DNA of 64,000 nt. It comes from a candidate division WWE3 bacterium. Lineage in GTDB: Bacteria; Patescibacteriota; 4484-211; GCA-002791395. Made by a program: the position numbers and the translations under genes. The stretch is taken from NCBI GenBank assembly GCA_013335095.1, contig JAAXWF010000002.1, positions 261 to 64,260 on the forward strand, given 5' to 3'. The notes beneath the pieces were generated by a model that saw only the letters and a program-made list of their open reading frames with translations, was not told the DNA's origin and made no database searches. This document shows positions 59,721 through 64,000 of this stretch, one piece after another; position 1 is the first letter of the stretch, and each line of letters begins with the position of its first letter.

Positions 59721-59788
59721 TATAAGCCCATAATACGGCCTTCTTATCTCAAGGAGGGGTAAAAACAGGTACTGGAAGGAGGCGTTCC

Positions 59789-60388
59789 ATGGTGAACGTC
59801 ATGACTGGCCCGGATCCAAGCCAATCGCTGCGAGGCGATCGATTCTGGGCCGTGGGTGTCCAACTATGGCTGGATCAATTTGATCCGAAAAACGCTTCGG
59901 CAGATGGCCCAAAGTTAACTTTCGAGCAGATCACCAAAGCGTATGGAGAACTGATAACCGGCCGTTTTCAGGCTTGGTTAGCAGGCAAACTAGGAATAGC
60001 AGCGCCGACATACAATGACTACGAAGCTCGGCGCTACCTTTCGCAGGCAATGGAGATGCACTGTGGAAGGATGGTACCTCGGACGCGAGCCGGTTGGGAG
60101 AGATCTCTTCCGATTGTCGCTGGCTGGATTGTTGATACCCTAAATAAATATGTTAGGGTAACGGATCTTGTTATGTTAATCGAAGATCCGACTGGCTCAC
60201 GGATTCCCGGGGTATGGCGTTATGAAAAAACGATCACCCAAGGAATATTAGATGTTTGGGAATTACATAAAGCCCAAAAAATTGGGTCCGATAACGAAAT
60301 CGTTGTCGAGGCTATCGGTGGGACTCAGCGCGAGGCCCGAAGTGTTGCGGTACTACTGTACTATATCGATAGCGAATGGATCGACTAA
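59789..60388 (+). CDS. orphan protein between uvrB and uvrA
   Basis: 199-aa ORF with AAGGAGG SD, own promoter and 3' hairpin. Confidence 0.72.
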   Translation: MVNVMTGPDPSQSLRGDRFWAVGVQLWLDQFDPKNASADGPKLTFEQITKAYGELITGRFQAWLAGKLGIAAPTYNDYEARRYLSQAMEMHCGRMVPRTRAGWERSLPIVAGWIVDTLNKYVRVTDLVMLIEDPTGSRIPGVWRYEKTITQGILDVWELHKAQKIGSDNEIVVEAIGGTQREARSVAVLLYYIDSEWID

Positions 60389-60393
60389 TAAAT

Positions 60394-60423
60394 AGGGCAA
60401 ACACGACATACTGTGTTTGCCCT
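60394..60423 (+). terminator. hairpin after orphan ORF
   Basis: AGGGCAAACAC-gacatact-GTGTTTGCCCT. Confidence 0.65.
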
Positions 60424-60477
60424 TAACATACACACGTCTACCTACAATCAGGTATGTATTTACCATATAATACGCAT

Positions 60478-63306
60478 ATGAATGAAATAAAAGTGCGCGG
60501 CGCACGAGAACACAACTTAAAAAACGTTAATTTAGATATACCTAAGAATAAATTAGTCGTATTTACCGGACTTTCTGGTAGTGGAAAAAGTTCGCTGGCA
60601 TTCGACACCATCTATGCCGAAGGACAACGCCGATATGTTGAATCACTTTCCGCATACGCTCGCCAATTCCTAGGAATGCTCGAAAAACCCGATGTCGACC
60701 AAATTGATGGTCTAAGTCCAGCCATCTCGATCGATCAAAAAACGGTATCGCAAAACCCACGTTCGACAGTAGGCACAATTACCGAAATTTATGATTATCT
60801 ACGGTTATTATTTGCCCGGGTTGGTCATCCGCATTGCCCCAACTGTGGCCGAGAAATCCAGGCGCAAACCATTAATCAAATGATTGACGCCATCATTCAA
60901 AAACATAGTCCACAATCAAAACAAGGTAAAGGCGGTCGCATTTTAATTTTGGCTCCACTTATTAAGGATCGAAAGGGTGAATACTCGGCATTATTCGAAG
61001 ATTTGATTAAACGAGGATACACAAGAGCCCGAATCGATAATCATATCTTTAACTTAGACGAAGACGATATAACGCTCATAAAAACGAATCGCCATACTAT
61101 CGAAGTCATTGTTGATCGGACCGTAATCTCTCCCGAGACCGAACGATCTCGTTTGAGTGATTCACTCGAAAAAGCGCTCAAATTGAGTAATGGTTCAGTC
61201 ATAATTAGTGAGGTTCTGGATGAATCGTTTAATTTTCCTGAAAAACCGACTAAATTAGTTGATCATTTATATTCCGAAAATTTTGCTTGTCCTGAATGTA
61301 ATATTAGCTTACCCGAAATCGAACCTCGCAACTTTTCTTTCAATAATCCTCACGGCGCATGTCCAGTATGCGACGGAATTGGCGCCAAATTAGAGGTTGC
61401 TCCTGAGCGGGTATTTAATGAAAACCTCACGATCAATGAGGGCGGAATTTTTCCATGGTCTCGCCAGGTAGAGTTTGATTCATATCCGCGTCGATTTTTG
61501 GATAGATTATCAAAACAGTATGGTTTTACTTTTGATGAAAAAATAAAGGATATTCCAGAAAAAGCACGTGAAGATATTTTAGCTAATGGTATTTTTCCTT
61601 ATTTAGAGCGTCGCTATGAAGAAACCGAGAGTGATTCAGTACGATCTGATATTGAAAAATATATGTCTTATAAAGAATGTCCTGAATGTAAAGGCAACCG
61701 ACTTAAACCGGAAGCATTATCCGTGACCGTAGCCGATGAAAATATCGCCGAAGTTTCGCGAAAAAGTATGATCGAATTGACCGGTTGGTTTGAGAACATC
61801 ACCAAATCTCAAACCCTATTGTCTAATCGAGATAAACAGATAGCCCAACCAATCATGAAAGAGTTAGTTGCACGGGTGAAGTTTCTGAATGACGTTGGAT
61901 TAAATTATTTAACCATTCACCGTAGCTCCGCAACCCTTTCGGGTGGAGAGTCACAACGCATTCGGTTAGCTTCTCAAATTGGTTCGGGGCTATCGGGAGT
62001 ACTGTACGTGCTTGATGAACCATCTATCGGCTTGCATCCTCGTGATCATCATCGCCTATTAGAAACGCTGCATAACTTACGCGATCTTGGAAATACCGTC
62101 TTAATTGTTGAACATGATCTTGATACGATGATCTCTTCGGATTGGTTGGTAGATTTTGGTCCAGGAGCTGGTGTTCACGGTGGAGCAATAATTGCAGAAG
62201 GTACACCGCAGCAAGTTATGGAACAACCTAAGTCGGTGACAGGGGATTACATGTCGCGGAGAAAAAACGTCCATCCATTTGTACATCACCGCACAAACGA
62301 TCCGGAAAAACAGTTCCACGTAATTGGAGCAACAGCACATAACTTAAAAGATGTTTCGGTTCAAATTCCATTAGGTAACTTTGTCTGCGTAACTGGTGTA
62401 TCGGGTTCAGGTAAATCAACATTAATCATTGATACTCTGTATAAACGACTTGCGGCTGACATAAATCATGCTCAAGAGATACCAGGTGAGCATCGCGGTA
62501 TCAAGGGACTTGAGCACGTTGATAAAGTAATCCAAATTGACCAAACTCCAATTGGTCGTACCCCCCGCTCAAATGCGGCTACATATACCGGTGTGTTTAC
62601 ACCGATTCGAGAATTATTTGCGACCATGCCCGATGCCAAAGCACGAGGCTATGAACTTGGGCGTTTTAGCTTCAATGTGAAAGGTGGACGATGCGAGAAT
62701 TGCCAAGGAGAAGGACAAAATAGGATCGAAATGCAATTTTTGCCTGATATATACGTCACCTGTGAAACCTGTGGCGGCGCTCGGTACAATCGTGAAACGC
62801 TCGACATTAAATACAAAGACAAAAACATTTCCGAAGTACTCGATATGACCGTCGAGGATGCCTGCGCCTTCTTTAACAACATACCTTCAATTAGACAAAA
62901 ACTTGAAACATTATTAAAAGTAGGACTAGGATACATTAAGCTTGGTCAGCCAGCGCCAACGTTAAGCGGTGGAGAGGCCCAGCGTGTTAAATTATCCAGT
63001 GAACTATCACGTCGAGCAAGTGGCAAAACAATGTATATTCTGGACGAGCCAACCACGGGACTGCATTTTGCTGATATCGATAAATTACTCGAAGTACTGC
63101 ACACCCTTGTCGATCAGGGAAACACCGTAATTGTCATCGAGCATAATCTAGATGTCATAAAAACGGCCGACTGGATTATTGATTTAGGACCTGAAGGCGG
63201 AGATCGTGGTGGTAGAATCCTTGCAACAGGTACAGTAAAGGACATAATTAATCATCCAACTTCCTATACCGGAAAATATCTCAAGGAATACATATCCCCC
63301 TCATGA
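60478..63306 (+). CDS. uvrA: excinuclease ABC subunit A
   Basis: [40 protein letters not shown] and zinc fingers; start from TATAAT-6 nt-ATG. Confidence 0.98.
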   Translation: MNEIKVRGAREHNLKNVNLDIPKNKLVVFTGLSGSGKSSLAFDTIYAEGQRRYVESLSAYARQFLGMLEKPDVDQIDGLSPAISIDQKTVSQNPRSTVGTITEIYDYLRLLFARVGHPHCPNCGREIQAQTINQMIDAIIQKHSPQSKQGKGGRILILAPLIKDRKGEYSALFEDLIKRGYTRARIDNHIFNLDEDDITLIKTNRHTIEVIVDRTVISPETERSRLSDSLEKALKLSNGSVIISEVLDESFNFPEKPTKLVDHLYSENFACPECNISLPEIEPRNFSFNNPHGACPVCDGIGAKLEVAPERVFNENLTINEGGIFPWSRQVEFDSYPRRFLDRLSKQYGFTFDEKIKDIPEKAREDILANGIFPYLERRYEETESDSVRSDIEKYMSYKECPECKGNRLKPEALSVTVADENIAEVSRKSMIELTGWFENITKSQTLLSNRDKQIAQPIMKELVARVKFLNDVGLNYLTIHRSSATLSGGESQRIRLASQIGSGLSGVLYVLDEPSIGLHPRDHHRLLETLHNLRDLGNTVLIVEHDLDTMISSDWLVDFGPGAGVHGGAIIAEGTPQQVMEQPKSVTGDYMSRRKNVHPFVHHRTNDPEKQFHVIGATAHNLKDVSVQIPLGNFVCVTGVSGSGKSTLIIDTLYKRLAADINHAQEIPGEHRGIKGLEHVDKVIQIDQTPIGRTPRSNAATYTGVFTPIRELFATMPDAKARGYELGRFSFNVKGGRCENCQGEGQNRIEMQFLPDIYVTCETCGGARYNRETLDIKYKDKNISEVLDMTVEDACAFFNNIPSIRQKLETLLKVGLGYIKLGQPAPTLSGGEAQRVKLSSELSRRASGKTMYILDEPTTGLHFADIDKLLEVLHTLVDQGNTVIVIEHNLDVIKTADWIIDLGPEGGDRGGRILATGTVKDIINHPTSYTGKYLKEYISPS

Positions 63307-63310
63307 TAAA

Positions 63311-63330
63311 GGGCGCCCTTTCGGACGCCC
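63311..63330 (-). terminator. hairpin between convergent uvrA and orphan ORF
   Basis: Minus strand GGGCGTCC-gaaa-GGGCGCCC-TTTA. Confidence 0.55.
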
Positions 63331-63352
63331 AGATGTTTCTCTAACGTTAACG

Positions 63353-63982
63353 TTAATTCTCCGACGTGGAGGCCGCAATCCGTTGCCGATGCCTGATTAA
63401 CTCCTCGATCATCTCCGAGGGCCGCTGATAACGCGGAGACGGATAGAGGCTACGATCCGGCTGTTCTGCCAGAGTCGTAAGGCCCAGGGCAATAAGATCG
63501 ACGGGCTCAAGCAAGCAGCGCCCGGCGAACCAGACGCTATCAAGCTGATGATCGTTCACGCCAAAATATTGGACATGAACTCCGTACTCCGTCACCTCGA
63601 TAGTGACGCGTCCGTAAAATTCGTGCTTAAGCCGAATCTCGATATTTACTCCGCCCACGGAGACCTCGATCGGATCGAGGAACAGGATATGGGCGACTTC
63701 GAGGTAAAGATCCCCAATAAACGCGTACAGCGTTTCGGACGGAGCAATCAAGAATGGGCGATGCCCACACAGGACCTCCATCCGTTCGGCAAGATCGCCA
63801 CTTCCGGCTCGAAACCAGTCCAACAGGTCCCAATCCGCACGGAAGTAATCCATCATGGCATGAAACACCAGATGGAGCGGAACACGCTGGTCAAGGACCT
63901 GAACGAGCACCTCATGCGGATCGTCCAGGACAATGTAGTCCCACTCCGCTAGCACCATATATGGTGCCCCTTCACGCATCAA
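63353..63982 (-). CDS. orphan protein (GC-rich islet)
   Basis: 209-aa ORF, GC-rich, GGAG upstream near the window edge; family not recognised. Confidence 0.62.
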   Translation of the reverse strand: MMREGAPYMVLAEWDYIVLDDPHEVLVQVLDQRVPLHLVFHAMMDYFRADWDLLDWFRAGSGDLAERMEVLCGHRPFLIAPSETLYAFIGDLYLEVAHILFLDPIEVSVGGVNIEIRLKHEFYGRVTIEVTEYGVHVQYFGVNDHQLDSVWFAGRCLLEPVDLIALGLTTLAEQPDRSLYPSPRYQRPSEMIEELIRHRQRIAASTSEN

Positions 63983-64000
63983 TCGTGCGACTCGCTCCGA

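Overview
Chromosomal segment of a low-GC bacterium with a reduced, monoderm-type gene set; the gene content (sortase, many glycosyltransferases, ppsA/eno, single-domain response regulator, YraN, DedA, LemA) suggests a CPR/Patescibacteria-like organism (inference, no marker-gene search possible). The AT-rich backbone carries lepB, a Wzx/GT/O-antigen-ligase locus, gatCAB, dnaE, a ClpC-type ATPase, rplS, trmD, ruvB/ruvC/ruvA, ppsA, eno, uvrB/uvrA and six CCA-encoding tRNAs. Many backbone genes look leaderless (TAnnnT, 6 nt, start codon). Interspersed are GC-richer orphan 'islets', most with their own promoter, a strong Shine-Dalgarno and a 3' hairpin. The largest (about 49.6-57.5 kb) encodes a divergent Rho ATPase, a membrane protein with a J-domain in which HPD is replaced by APE, a DksA/TraR-like zinc-finger protein with an altered tip motif, and a PH-like membrane protein. 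Four islet transcription units share a leader made of a boxA-like GCAC(C/A)T...AA motif, a long hairpin and an SD. This set is the best candidate for an undescribed system. No CRISPR array, integrase, transposase or rRNA was seen.
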